DNA of 64,000 nucleotides. It comes from the human T2T-CHM13v2.0 reference genome, Homo sapiens. The stretch's first letter is position 1. Every line of letters starts with the position of its first letter. Shown one piece after another: positions 26,815-41,942 of this stretch. The translations under genes and the position numbers were made by a program. The notes under the pieces were generated by a model. It searched no databases and had not been told where the DNA came from. It was given only the letters and a program-made list of their open reading frames with translations. The stretch lies in NCBI RefSeq assembly GCF_009914755.1, contig NC_060937.1. One strand, 5' to 3'.

Positions 26815-27970
26815 TAGGTTATGCGCTGCATAATGACATTTCAGTCAGTAATGGACCACATAATATGAAGCCAATCCGAGTAGATTATAATGGAGCTAAA
26901 CAGTTTCTATTGCCTTGTGACATGGTAATACAATGCACATGTTTGTGGTGATGCTGGTGTAAACAAACCTAATGTGCTGCCAGTAGTATAAAAGTATGGC
27001 ACTTGAAGTTATGTGAAGTACCCAATACTTGATAATGATAGTAAATGACTATATTCCTTGTTTATGTATACATTATACTGCAGTTTTATTATGATTTTAG
27101 AGTGTAATTCTTCTACTTACAAAAAAGTTGACTATAAAACAGCCTCATACAGGTTCTTCAGGAAGTATTCCAGAAGTTACTGTTATCATATGCAGGCATT
27201 GTTATCATAAAAGCTCCATGCATGTTATTGCCTCTAAAGACCTCCCAGTGGGACAAAATGTGGAAGTGGAAGACAGTGATATCGATGATCCTTACACTCT
27301 GCAGGCCTAGGCTAATGTGTGTGTTTATGTCTTAGTTTTTCACAAAAAAAGTTTTAAAAGTTAAAAAAGTTTACATTAAATATAAAAAGCTTATTAAAAA
27401 TATAAAGAAAGAAAATATTTTTTATAACTGTACCATGTGTGTTTTGTCTTATGAGTCAAAAAGTTTAAAAATGTTTAAAGTTTAAAGTAAAAAAGTTTCA
27501 GTAAGTTAAAGTTAATTTATTATTAAAGAAATAAACATTTTAAAAATAAATTTAATGTAGCCTACTGGTATAGTATTTATAAATTCTACAGTAGCATAAT
27601 GTCCTAGGCCTTTACATTCACTTGTCACTCACTGACTCAACCAGAACAAATTCCAGTTGCTCCATTCATGGTAAATGCTTTATACAAGAGTGCCATTTTT
27701 TAATCTTCTATACCATATTTTTACTGTACCTTTTCTGTGTTTAGATGTAGTTAAATATATAAATATTTATCACTGTGTGACAGTTACCTATAGTATTCAG
27801 CATAGGAACATGTGATACAGGTTTGTGGCCTAGGATCAATAGGTTATACCACATTGCCTAGGTAGGCTATATCATCTGTTGGTGTAAGTACACTATGATA
27901 TTTGCATAACAAAATTACCTAAGGATGCATTCCTCAGAATTTATCCCCATTGATAAGCGGCACATGATCA
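26815..27970 (+). mobile_element. Tigger3b (MER7B/Golem-derived) DNA transposon
   Basis: atgcgctgcataatgacatttcagtca start, tttgtggtgatgctggtgtaaacaaacct, ccagtgggacaaaatgtggaagtggaagacagtgatat, gatgcattcctcagaatttatcccc...cacatga end; about 1.15 kb. Confidence 0.92.
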
Positions 27971-28046
27971 TACATACAGTAAAAGATATACATATATTTG
28001 TGAATAAAAAGTTTTTATTTCTGTTAAAACTTAGTCATGATAGTAA

Positions 28047-28371
<325 letters not shown>

Positions 28372-28639
28372 ATGATGGTAATTTAACATGGTCTCTTAAT
28401 AATATCACCAGAGAATGTTGAGGAAATTAAAGCAGCTAAAATACAAACAGTTAAAACTTTTAACATTAAATTGTATAAAATAATATACCATTTATAATAT
28501 GCAATCCAGAGGATTATATTGATGGTAGTTAGTATTATCCTTATAAGAGTGAATGCTGGTATATTAAACTTTCAATAATAAAGATTATATTTATTCTAAT
28601 GTTTGTTGCAATAAATCATTTTAGTTTACCTAACCTGGT

Positions 28640-29110
28640 ACACCCTATGTCTGAAGTAAATATACGTAAGGATAAGGGTAGATGGTATTGCAGGTTGAAA
28701 AAAGAAGCATCCCCAAAGGCTCAGGATTGCATTGCAAGAACTAAATAATGCCAAAATGCCTGTAATATTATTGGTAACGAAAATGTATGAGAAGACGAAT
28801 TGGAAGAGGAAGCTATAGGCCAAATTGTACAAAATCTTGCAGACCATAAGTGTTTTCCAAGAGTGGTGAGGAGAGTTCCTGTCTAGGAATAACAAGGTCT
28901 GAATTATTCCTTTGTGCTCTGACTGGAAAATGGTTAGATGGAGAGTAAGCACAGTTAGATACAAGGAAGGAGGTTATCACAATAGTCCAGGCAAAATGTA
29001 AGATGACTTGAATTAGCTTCTTTACATTGAGAGATAAAATAATGGATTTAGTATGTATTTAGAAGACAGAGATGAGTGAATTTTGGTAGAATATGACAAG
29101 GAAATGATAA
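28640..29110 (-). mobile_element. L2 relic
   Basis: ggaggttatcacaatagtccaggcaaaa...gatgacttgaattag...atggatttagtatgtatttagaagacaga motifs. Confidence 0.65.
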
Positions 29111-29819
29111 AAGAAACAAAAGAGAACTGGAAGGATTAAACCAGTATAGTTGTATTTGAAAAGGAACACATTCTACTAGTCAGCATAATTACATGCTCTC
29201 TATTCTAAAAGTTAAAACCGTAAAAAAGAATTTCAAATTTCCCAAGACATCACTGTATCATCTGAATTGAGATCCCTTTAAAAATCTAAGTTATCAGAAT
29301 ACGCTTTCAAATAACCCTTTTGAAGTTTACTACCTTACAGTCCTATAGTCCACCTTTCCTCTCCTGCTGAGTCCCACGAGGTTTCATCTTCATCATCTGA
29401 ATGGACTGAAACCCATCCTCTTCTGATCTCAAGACAGTTTTTTGAGCAGGCCTTTGATCGTCCCAAAGTTTGATGTGTTAAGAAATCAGTGAGGCTCGTC
29501 CCCTGATTCTGGCTTATTCAAAAAGTATTTTCCTCCTTCCTTCTCATACACTACAGTTCATAAGAAATAAAAAGTCTTGCTATAAAATTTCCTCTCTATA
29601 ACACAGTTGAAGAAAATAAGTGAGTAGGCCTTGAGTGGGAACTCATGATCAAGGGCATATACAAAAACATTAAATAAAATGAGAACTGAAAACTTCTATT
29701 ATGTTATCAACATAATGGTCAATAATATCCTTAAGAAGAACAAATTAATGAAGTGATAAGAGTGGAAAAGATAATAGAATGAGTGGTGAGAAGGCAGGCA
29801 TGGCTTATGTAGGCAAAGC

Positions 29820-30117
<298 letters not shown>

Positions 30118-30120
30118 AAG

Positions 30121-30651
<531 letters not shown>

Positions 30652-31759
30652 TGTAGGCAAACCTTTTCAATTTTGCCTGAAAAGTGGATGTAAGAAACAA
30701 AGCATTAGACAAGGTAAAATGAAGAAACAAGGAGGAATATTATTTACAAAATATTTTAAGGAATTGTACTACAAACAATACAATAGTTATGGCTTGAGCA
30801 GTCAGTTAATATTCAAGAAAATAAGATGCCTATTATCAGAAAAAAAGGCCCTTAATCTTTTCTAGGCAGAAATTCATTTCTGCATCTCTTTTGTCAAGAT
30901 CAAGGCATGGTTTACAACAGACACTCAAATACTTTTGAATAATTTAGTACATTAATTACCCAGTATATCTAATCCATACTTCTTACATTGAAATATGGCC
31001 TTATTTGTTTTGTTCATTAAGGTTGGAATATGGTTATCACCATTTGTAAATCTTTATATCATAAAATCAACATTTTATAATATATTTCTGTAGTGACCTT
31101 AATATTTTTAATCACTTGTATATTATATATCTTTATTATCCTGTATGAAGATAAGTTGGAAGTTCTTAGTGTTATTTAGGAAATATTGGATACATTTAGA
31201 TTTAAAACTTGTATTTTTCCAAAACATATACTCTCTGGAATTGTCAAATGATTTATGTTCTCCAGTATAACAGAAAGAGAACTACAAAATTAATTTAAGA
31301 TTCATGATATTAATTTTGACCACATTTATTTATAGGAATGTATCTTTTAATATTGATAGAATAAATTTAATGGAACTTCTTCAAAGAGTAATATACCATG
31401 AGTTTTATTACATTAGAATTCAATTAAAAACCACATAATAAATGTGTGATATGAATTATATTATTTTCCACTGATTGCATAATTATACATGAAACTTTAC
31501 TTCATTTTATATTACAAATAGTTTATTACAAAAATTTGTTTTCAATTTATTTCCAAACAATAAACTTTAAATTATTATTAAATAGATGAGTTAAAAATCA
31601 AAGACTAAGTACATTTTAAAAAGCTAAAATTAGACACAGAGTTCACATCACATACAAGAACTAACCCCCAATTGATTATGTTTCTAATTGTAAAAAATTA
31701 CACCATGTATGTAACTAGAAGTTAACATGAATGCATTTATAATCTGAACATAGGGTATT

Positions 31760-32435
31760 GTTTTTGTTTTGTTATTTATTTAATTAACAAATAAAAATTA
31801 TATGTATTTATCATGTATAGCATGATGTTCTGAAATATGTATATATTATGGAATAGATAATTGAGCTTGTTAATATATGTATTACTTCATATTCTTACTT
31901 TTTGTGTGTGAGAACACTTAACATTCTCTTAACAATTTTCAAGAATATAATACATTGTTATGAGTTATAGCCACCATGTTTTACAAAAGAGCTCTTGAAT
32001 TTCTTTCTCCTATCTAACTGAAATTTTGTATCCTTTGACTAACATCTTCTTAGCCTCCCGCCCCTCCCACCATGAGCTCCTGGTAAACACCATTCTACTC
32101 TGTACTTCTATGAGATCAACTATTTTAGTGTTCACATATGAATGAGATCATGCATTATTTGTCTTTCTGGACCTGGCTTATTACACTTAACATAATATTC
32201 TCCAGGTTCATCCATATTGTCACAACTGACAGAATTTCTTTCTTTTTTAAAGCTGAATAGTATTCCATTGTGCATATATACCATATTTTCTTGATCCATT
32301 CATCTTGATGAACACATAGGTTTATTCCTTATCTTTGCTATTGTGAATAATGCTGCAATGAACATGGGGGTGTAGAGATCTCTTTGACATACTGATTTTA
32401 TTTCCTTTGGATACATACCCAATAGTGGGATTACT
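31760..32435 (-). mobile_element. L1MA7/8-like 3' fragment
   Basis: acaaataaaaattatatgtatttatcatgta, ctatctaactgaaattttgtatcctttgac, gctgaatagtattccattgtg, tacccaatagtgggatt. Confidence 0.9.
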
Positions 32436-33944
32436 CAATTGGGAAGTGTTTTCTAAAATGTACATTCAAGGGAAAAAATGAAGTGAGAAGGAAAGGTTAT
32501 AACTGATAAAACTGAACCAATGCACATAAAATAAAACTTTAACATGATAAAAATAAACCATAAAATAGAAATCAACTGACAAACTAGGAGGAAAATATGT
32601 GCAATATGTAGACAGCAAATATCAGTATAATTTAAAATTCTTAAAAATTAAAGGAAAGAGGCAAAAACTGGTTTAGAAAAATGGGTACAAGATGTGAAAA
32701 ATTCACTAAAACAAACACAGCTTTTATAATATAAAGCATTTTGAAAGTCATTCAGACAAACAAAAATATAGACAACATTCAGATGTCTTCTCACTGATTG
32801 AAATGGCAACAGGTAAAAGAAAACAATGGCAACATAGTCTGTTAGTAAGATAATGAAGTACCACTTACACATTGCTGATGAGAATGCAAATTGGTATAAT
32901 AATGTGAAGGAGAAATTGACAATATCTAATACAAACACAAATGTTACCTTTAGATCAGGCATCCCTCTTTCAGTACCTTACCCGAAAAATAACTGTCCAT
33001 CTGTATGAAAAATCATATTAACAAGTCTATGCATTGTGACAGTATTTGAAATTAGAATATACAGTAAAATGACTTAAAAAAACCAACACATATGAGATTT
33101 AAAGAACACATTGTGGCACATTTTTAAAATGGTGTAATGTGAGCTGTAATAAAAATAGATATGAATTAATAGAATTAACGTGGAATAATTTCTTAACAGA
33201 TGACGTAGTGCAAAAAGCAAAATGCAAAACAGTGTCTATGGTCTGCTAGCTTTTATGCATGAAATAAAGGGAACAAATAAAGAATACACATATTTGCTAA
33301 TTTGTGCAAAACAAAACAAACACACACATACACACTCATGAAGGATAAAACAGAAGCTGATGCAATCGGTCGCCTTCAGAGGGAAGTTGGAATGTGTGGA
33401 TGAGAGAGGGTCAAAACAAATACGGTAAAAGAGATAAGGGAATAATATTTCTCTGAGTATAACACTTATATTAGTTTAACTTTTAGAACCAAGTTATGTT
33501 TTACATAATCAAAAAATATATATGTAACAATATCAAACATGGTAGAAAGTGGAATACAGAGACAAATGTACCTAACCGTGCATTAAAGAAAAGATACAAT
33601 CACATAGGCAAGATAGGGGAATTAACTCAAAACTCTTGAACAGAGTAATCTGACTATATACTTTCAAGTTAAAGACAAAAAATAAGCAAACATTAAACTG
33701 TAGTTAGTAATTTATTTTTATCGAAGATGTTGACTAGCGATTGTGTAACTATTAATACTGTCTGCATATTGTAGCATTAAGGAATAAGTTAATGCATTCA
33801 TAAGAATGATAACCACGGTCATTACTGTTGAAAAATGGTGCTACGTATCTGCAAAGAGAAAAGTCTAGGATCTTTTGTCTGCTGTTGGATATGAAGTGGA
33901 GGTGACTGAGGAACTAATGGGGCAAAGCTACCATCTGTAGTATT

Positions 33945-34450
33945 ATGACTGAATGACTCTAAGTAAGACTCTCACCCAGGTGGAATGATACAGGGATACA
34001 GGGAACTCCTCCTGTCTGACTGCTTTGAGCTGGGACACTGGCCTTTTTCCAATCTTCAGAATCAAACAGAAACATTAGCTCTTCTTGGGTCTCTAACCTG
34101 CAGGTGTTCAAACTGGAATTTACACCATTGGTTCTCCTGGTTCTTAGGTTTTTGGACTTGGACTGGAACTACAACTACATATTAGTTCTCCCATGGGTCT
34201 CTACTTGCTGACTATAGGTCTTGGGATATTTCAGCCTCCATAATCATGTGAGCCAATTCTGTATTATGAATCATATAAACAAACACACACACACACACAC
34301 ATACACATAGATACATAAACACATATATATATAAATACACACACACACATACTCATAGATACATAAACATATATATATAAATACACACACACACACACAC
34401 ACACACACAAAACTATTGGCTCGGTTTCTCTGGAGCAACTTGATTAATAT
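33945..34450 (+). mobile_element. MLT2 (C/D-like) ERVL LTR
   Basis: ctcctcctgtctgactgctttgagctgggaca, cagcctccataatcatgtgagccaattc, ctattggctcggtttctctggag...gattaata. Confidence 0.85.
34278..34408. repeat. Complex (CA)/(TA) microsatellite with a duplicated ~45-bp unit
   Basis: catagatacataaac...tatatataaatacacacac occurs twice. Confidence 0.85.
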
Positions 34451-35309
34451 GGATTTCCAATTTACCTAAGCCTATGAATTCTACATAAAACCAAAATAGG
34501 TCCGGCATTTCCAAGTAACTCACTGTGGGCTGCTTTTTGGTCCATGTTTCTGTAAACGAACGAAACTACTGGAGTTTTTTATAACTCACTGAGCTGTAAT
34601 GTTAAATATAGAATCTCTGCTTAGTGAACCCATATCAATATAAATCCATAGCTTTAGATAAAGAGATATATCAATAATAGATACAGATCAACATCATGCA
34701 TGTTTTTACATATGTAGTCCTACTTAAATCTGATTTCTAGCTCTGTACACTCAGAAGAGTCTAGAACCAATGACAGTGACACTCAGGAGCAATGAGAATA
34801 ATTAGAGACTAAATCTTAATTTTTAAATATAATTCTTCATGAAAAGGAATGAAGGTTACTTGGAGAATTTGTAGGTAGAGTTAAGATTAGGCTTGGAAAT
34901 ATAAGAAAAAATATGCCATGATAGGAAGGTGGGATGTACTCAAAAAATGATGGGGCCGTGTCTAAAGGACAAATTACTGTGCCAGGAGTCAGCTTAAAGT
35001 TGCTCCCACTGTCCGAATGAGAGTAATTGATTATAGCTCATAGAATGAAATAAGAATACATCTAAACAAACAAATCCACAAATAAATAAAATGAGGGAAG
35101 GGAAATCTCTTCCTTGTAGAATGGCAAAAAAAAAAAAATGCAGGAGGAATGATGGAATTAGAAAATCATGATTTTGTATTCACCACAAATTTTTTTGAGA
35201 GTATTCTTATTAGTGGATAACAACATAATAGGTATTCATTTCAAGAGGAGTCAGATTTTATACTTTCACAATGTATTATCTTAACATTCTTTATAAAGGG
35301 CAAAAATAC

Positions 35310-35370
35310 TAACTTTACAGAAAATAAAACTCACAGACACCATCTGTGAGTTTTATTTTCTGTAAAGTTA
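35310..35370. repeat. Perfect inverted repeat, 28-bp arms, 5-nt loop
   Basis: taactttacagaaaataaaactcacaga-cacca-tctgtgagttttattttctgtaaagtta; arms checked base by base. Confidence 0.97.
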
Positions 35371-35424
35371 ATTGATTTTAATATGGTAAATAATTGGTTT
35401 TAATATGGTAAATAAAGAAACACA

Positions 35425-36069
35425 TTTATCAATTTCATGAAATATCTATGAAATTTTCTTTCATTTGAATTTTTTTGCCAGCATTACTTCTTCTGAGACA
35501 TTGTCTTAGTTGTCACAAAGAATTTTTTTACATATGTGAATAAGTTCACCTTCATTGAGTGCCCGTAACTACATATCTAGAGTCTCTTGAACAGCAGCAG
35601 TGTCAATATTCTTAAAATTAGCTCTTTGTTCTATAAGTACATTCAAATTTCACTTGCAGCGTTACCACTTTTTGATTCTTTGTGGCATTTTCATCTTTAT
35701 TGGCCAATTCCCTCTTTCTGTTTTTTTATTTTTATTTTTATAAAATGATACATTACCAGGAGACAGAGAAGTTGCAAATACATGCTTTGCTGTCTGTGCA
35801 TGAACCTAATAACAGATGTGAAGTGACCAATCACCAACAGAATTTGAAAAAAAAAGGTGTAGTTAGTCACTGATTATGATGTTCATCTGTTTTTATGTGG
35901 TGATTTGTGGACTGAAAAACTAGCAGCAAGGATTGTACTTTACACCTTTACTCATAGTTAATATACCAACTAAAATGTGAACTTCTTTTTAGGAAACTGT
36001 TGTTATTTAACTAAACTATGAAAACTGAAATTTGAGCATAACAGGATCTTGCAAAATGAGAACTGCTTG
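35425..36069 (-). mobile_element. Tigger13a-like DNA transposon
   Basis: catatctagagtctcttga, ctttgctgtctgtgcatgaac...aacagatg...gtgaccaatcacc, gtgatttgtggactgaa, gcaaaatgagaactgcttg terminus. Confidence 0.85.
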
Positions 36070-36129
36070 CATCTAAAATGTAAGCAAAATTTTATAATTA
36101 TTTCTTCAATTGGCTGCTGTCCAAAAAAT

Positions 36130-36640
36130 ATTCTCCTGTCCATTTGTGGAATGCCTCCAGTGTGTGAGTTTTGTGGGAAATAGATCCAGGGATCCTCCTT
36201 TAGTAGAGAGCTGAATGTGACCAGACAGTAAATACCTCACCTGGGATGTTGACAGCTGAGACATAGATGGGTGAACCAAGCTTGGCCACACAGATGCTCT
36301 AAAGCAAGATTTGTAATTAGAGGAAATGACTCAAAGATTCAAATCATTTGGAGATGATGCAGAGTGGTCGTGCTGTTGACCAATAGCCATAGAGACTGTG
36401 CATTGAGGACTGTGAAGTTTTTGGAGGCAATGACACTGTTAACAAGAACCCAATGGAATCATCCAGGCAGGGCAGGCAGGCCAGGCCCATGAATAACTAT
36501 GCTGTCCATTGTCTATTCCTTCAGCTATGCACATTTATTTTTGAGGCTAATTCTTCAGGCTATCTCTTTATTCTGTGAGCTTTTCTATATCCTCCCAATT
36601 CTATTTTCTCCTTAACAAATCCATAATCATTATCAATAAC
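36130..36640 (+). mobile_element. Possible ancient ERVL-type LTR (family uncertain)
   Basis: GC-richer block ending ctgtgagcttttctatatcctcccaatt...cttaa, like old LTR 3' ends. Confidence 0.35.
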
Positions 36641-39607
36641 TGTCATCATGCTGCATATAGAATGTCTCCCCATCTTAGCCTAGTTTTACTTTTTAATTTC
36701 TCATTTTGTAACATAGTAATTATGAAGAATTAATATATTTGTTGCTTGCAAATCAGTGCCTTTGTGCAGATTAAATCTATCTAGAATGTTTTTCCTTCTT
36801 TTTCTATCTCCTTTTCTCCAACCTCAACTTTTCACTTACATATTCACTGCTTTTCCTAAAAGGAAATTCTAAAAGTACAATCATTTCTGAAAATCTGTTT
36901 CTGAAGTCCTAACCAAAATGATGCTTTCACTTTTAAGGTAATTTCAATTTTTGTTCTAGTGTCCACCATAAAATGGATAAATGGAAATATTATCAGCATT
37001 AATTTTATATATTCAAAGCAGCCAAAAGTGCTTGATAAATTATAACAGTCAGTAAATGGTATTTATTATTATTAAACATATGTATATAAAATATGTATGT
37101 ATATAAATATATATATATAAATTATAAAAACCAATGCTTCACATTTAAAGAGGTTTCTTGTTCTATAGAAGTACTTTCCCACATCACCTCAAAGCCCCAT
37201 TCCAAAAGGCTCTATCCCCCCATAGAGTTTTCCTCATTCCCCCAATTATTTTTTATTCCATTTCCTTCCCACTGACAGTCACCATCTAAGATATCTTTCA
37301 ACAGCAAATACAAAGGCTTCCCACTCCATATAATTTCCCCAGAAATATAGTGTAGATTAATACACTTCTGGAAGTAAAATATGAAAAATTTTGGGCCACA
37401 AGTTTACAATAGTTGTTAGTGATTTTCACATTCTGAAATGACTACTGACTTAAATTACTGGAAGACTGGACCTAGGGGGTAAAACCCTTATCAACAATTC
37501 CTGGACTCTAATGTGGTTGTTGAGAGAAGATAATGAGCAGTGGAAAAACACCCCTGGCAAAATAAATTAAAGCCTCCTGGGATATATCCTAGCTTGGGAT
37601 TTTGCCTAAGGCCAGCTTTGTTTTAATGCTGCTCTAGATATATTAGGAAATAGGTCCCCGTTTTATCTCTTACCTTGGGAACCATTGGTAATGCTAAAGG
37701 CAAATATTAAGTAACGGTTCAGTTAACCTGCGAATGCTCCTGGGGATATTTTTGTTATTATTTTATGCAAGTTAAGATAGTGAGATGTAAAGACAAAACC
37801 GAAAGCAGAAGACTGACTTCTATTTTTGTTTACATTTTGACTTCTTTTTTTTTGTCTCTAGTTTCACATTATTGGTAATTTATTTAATCTTTAACTCTGA
37901 AATATAAATTAAGAAGCTTAGATGTTCTTTTGGTCCATGAGTGTCTTCCCTAACTTTTTCAGACAGTCTAGATTCAATTACATGCGATGAAAAAAGTGAT
38001 AGCAATGATGAAATTAATGAAAGATTTTATGACAGACTGCAGATATGCTTATAGAAAACAATATACTAAAATTAGGGTCATATATTGTTTATAAATATGT
38101 AAATCCATGTAGCTTCAAATGTTCTTCCCAATTGAATACACATCAATTCCACCCAACTAAATCCAAATTTAACTAAATCCAATGCCTAACTAAATCCAAA
38201 TGAGAACTATGATGCTCTATTTCCCCAGCCATGTAACATAAAATACTCTTATATTTTATTAGGTTAGATAATCACAGAGAAAGTAAAGCTTGTACTTATT
38301 AGCTAGATCTGTAAGTGGGTTTAGAGATATTTCTATTTTCAGATCACCTAGAAAATCTGATGAAAACATGAACTTTGCTGTTCGGAGCACTCATGGGGCG
38401 AGCTTCAGGGGCTTGATCATGTAACCCTCTGGGGTGATGAAAGATCCATGCTCCATGAAAGTGGGAGGATAAGCAATTGTGAATAAAAGTATATCATACG
38501 TTATGGCTAGCCATCCATTCTTTGACACAACTAACCAACTTCTCCTCAAAATCTTCTTGTTAATGGGCCTCATCTTTGTTTACCTGAGTAATTTATTATT
38601 TTTCAGCAAAACAAAATTAAATATCAGTATGCTGTGGGAAATAAATATGGTCCTGTCTATAAGCAAAAATAAATGTAATTTAGCACATAATTGAAAATGA
38701 ATTCAATTGTATATTAGTAAAAAAAAAAGTAAATGATATATATTCATGAAGTTATGATAGACATACATCTTTGTGATATTAACATAAATATGATTTGTCT
38801 TACTCTACTCTTCAAGCTAACATTATATAATTCACAGATTATTTACTGTACTTAAATTTATCAAATAATTTTTAATAGGATATTAATTCCTACTATGCTC
38901 TGATGTATTTAAAACATTATTTAATGCGTATAACAATATCATTTGGCTGACAGAAAAGAAAATATTCTTTCAATGTTACTTAAAATATGTGAAACTTGTT
39001 TTTATATTCCGATTTATAGGTCAAATGGCAAGAGTTTATACATTGCCATTTTGAGATTCCATGAAACTACAGCCATGAGCATTAAATAAAAGAAACATAA
39101 ATTTTTATAGGACTTTAGTATTTTCTTTCCATTTAAACACAAAACTAAAGTGTATAATATTATTAGTAAAAACAACAAGTTTACATTTTGACAAGGAACT
39201 GCTTGCAACTCTTTAATTCTTCAGTTTTTGTGATCACAAATTCCACACAAGATACATGCCATAGCAGATTTAAACAAAAGTTTTATTTTTATGTAAGCAA
39301 TATAAAGCACACTAAATTTTAAATGTATTAAATCTTTGAAAATGATTCTAGGCAGTATTTAATTATAACATTCAATTTTTTTAAAAGAAGATAGTAACAA
39401 TTAATATGCCAAACAGTTAAAATTTAAATTAATTGTAAAACTTTGGATAATGCCAAGTTTTCCATATTTACCGATAAATTGGAGAAACAATTTTACACTC
39501 CAAGAGATGTGTCGTGTATAATAGTGCTAATGAGGACTTCTGGTTACGATGGCAGGGTGAGCTAAATTAGAAGAAATAGCTGTTTCATTAAAGAAACAAA
39601 AAATACT

Positions 39608-39908
<301 letters not shown>

Positions 39909-40419
39909 TGCTGGATAATTTCAAGTTTTAAAAAATGTGGAAGTAGAAGAAATTACTATGAACATTCCAGCTGCCAAAACTCAGATCAGATGAGCACAAG
40001 TTGGAGCTACCTAGCTCATGAGATATCAAATGGTATGTAAGACAATGATTAGGGAGTTGAGGTTTTATTACAATGAGATGATAAGAGATAATTCCTAGCC
40101 TCCTGCCAAAATAGAAAGGTAACTGTGTGAAGTAGATGTGAAAACTTCTGTCAAATCTGTGAAACAGAGATTATAAATTCTTTATCCTCTATTCTTCAGA
40201 GGTTGCAAATAAGCTTACTGACTGGAACCTGGAGGTGAGGTGGAGTGGGAGAACTTTTACTTTCCAAAATCTATAATAAAATACAGATCTCAGTAAACCT
40301 ATGGCAGACCCGTGATGTTGGTGAAATTAAATTATAAAAATTTTCGTCTATAAATATTGACTTAAAATCATATATCAATGATTAATCAGTGAAGTTTAAA
40401 ATACCAACAATAATATGGA

Positions 40420-41275
40420 ATATGATAGAAAATAGTATAAAGGTTTGTAAAGAAATGAAAATAGAGCTACTATGTGATCCAGCAATCTCTTTCTGGCTAC
40501 CCCCTAAAGAAGATAAAATCATCACCATGTAAAGATATTTGCACCTTCATGTCCATTGCAGCATTGTTCACAATAGGCAAGATATGAGAACCACCTAAAA
40601 ATCTAAATGTTCATTGACAGACAAATGGATAAAGAAAATGTGGTGTGTATATATATGCATATATACGTATATATGTACCACATATATGTGTATATATGTA
40701 TATATATGTATATATGTACTACATATATACGTATATATACAACACACACACACACACACACACATATATATGTGGAATGATATGGAATAATATTCACAGT
40801 TTAAAAAAAGAAGCAAATTCCATTATTTGCCACAACATGGGTGGACTTGGAGGAATTTATGCTAAGTAAAATAAGCCAGACACAGAAAGAAAAATATTGC
40901 ATGATGCATAATTCCACTTATATGTGGAGTATATGTTTTATAACAGCTCAAATACTCAGAGATAGTGGGGTGGAGGTGGGAGTGAGGGAAGAGAAAATGG
41001 GAAGATGTGGGTCAAAGGATACAAAATAACATATATATAGGATGAAAAAAATCTAGAGATCTGATATACAACATGAATACTAAAGTTAATAAAGTTGCAT
41101 TGTATTAGAGAGTTTTGTCAATTAAGTAGAGTTTAGCTGCTCTTGTCACAAAAATGTAACTAGATGATAGATACGTTAATCTACTTCACTTGTAGTAATC
41201 ATTTTGCTATCTATATGAGTTCCATAATATCATGTCATAAACTTCAAATACACACAATAAAATCTATTTAATAAA
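40420..41275 (+). mobile_element. L1MB1-like 3' fragment
   Basis: atagagctactatgtgatccagcaatc, gctaagtaaaataagccagacacagaaaga, tagctgctcttgtcacaaaa, cacaataaaat. Confidence 0.88.
40644..40772. repeat. (TA)/(CA) complex microsatellite inside L1MB
   Basis: Direct reading. Confidence 0.9.
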
Positions 41276-41754
41276 CATGAAATATGGGAGGATAGAAGTT
41301 GGAATTAAAATATTCAATTTTTGAAATATAAAATGACTGAATTATTTTATACATGTTTAGAATAGGTGTGAAACTTTCATGGTAATGAAAAGAAAAACAG
41401 TAGAATGTCAAATTCAAACCCAGTGCAGAGAAAACATAGAAGAAAAGAAGAACTAAAGTCCCAAAATATAATAGAAGAAAAGAAGGAAGAAGACTGAAGC
41501 AAAGAAAAATATCACAAAGTATTCAAAACATATAGACACATATATCAAATTATGTTAGTAATCACAGTATGAAACTTACTTTTCAAAGATAAAATAATAT
41601 TTTGTCTCAAATTATTTCATAAATATGTTTTTTTAAAAAATAATTTGATGTTGTTAAGTACAAGTCTGATTATATGGGAAAAAATAAATTGAAATCACTT
41701 CCAAAAGAAAAATGATTTTGTGTGTGAGTCGGAAGTTGGAAAAGCCCTGTAAAC

Positions 41755-41942
41755 AAGAATTGTAAAACTTTGGGTCCATTTTCCTCTCAGGGACTCCATG
41801 AATCCCTTGAAATTAAATACTAGTATAAAAGATATGTTTATACTTATAAGTGCATTCATTTATTTATTTTTGAGTGTGAATCCAGAGCTTTTGTCAGATT
41901 GTTTTAAGTATTGCAACATAACAAAGGAAAATAAGGATTGCT
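41755..41942 (+). mobile_element. MER103-like hAT-Charlie relic
   Basis: gggtccat...tccatgaatcccttgaaatt...tccagagcttttgtcagatt. Confidence 0.5.

Larger units (their letters stand above)
31610..35342 (+). mobile_element. Old L1MC4/5-like ORF2 end and 3'UTR, fragmented by L1MA and MLT2 insertions
   Basis: acattgctgatgagaatgcaaattggta (ORF2 end); ctagctctgtacactcagaagagtctagaaccaatgac and ctcaaaaaatgatggggccgtgtc (L1MC 3'UTR). Confidence 0.7.

Noticed and set aside
38155-38199. Repeat-spacer pattern superficially like a CRISPR array
   Set aside because: 12-bp repeats with 4-5 nt spacers, three copies, in primate DNA with no cas genes.
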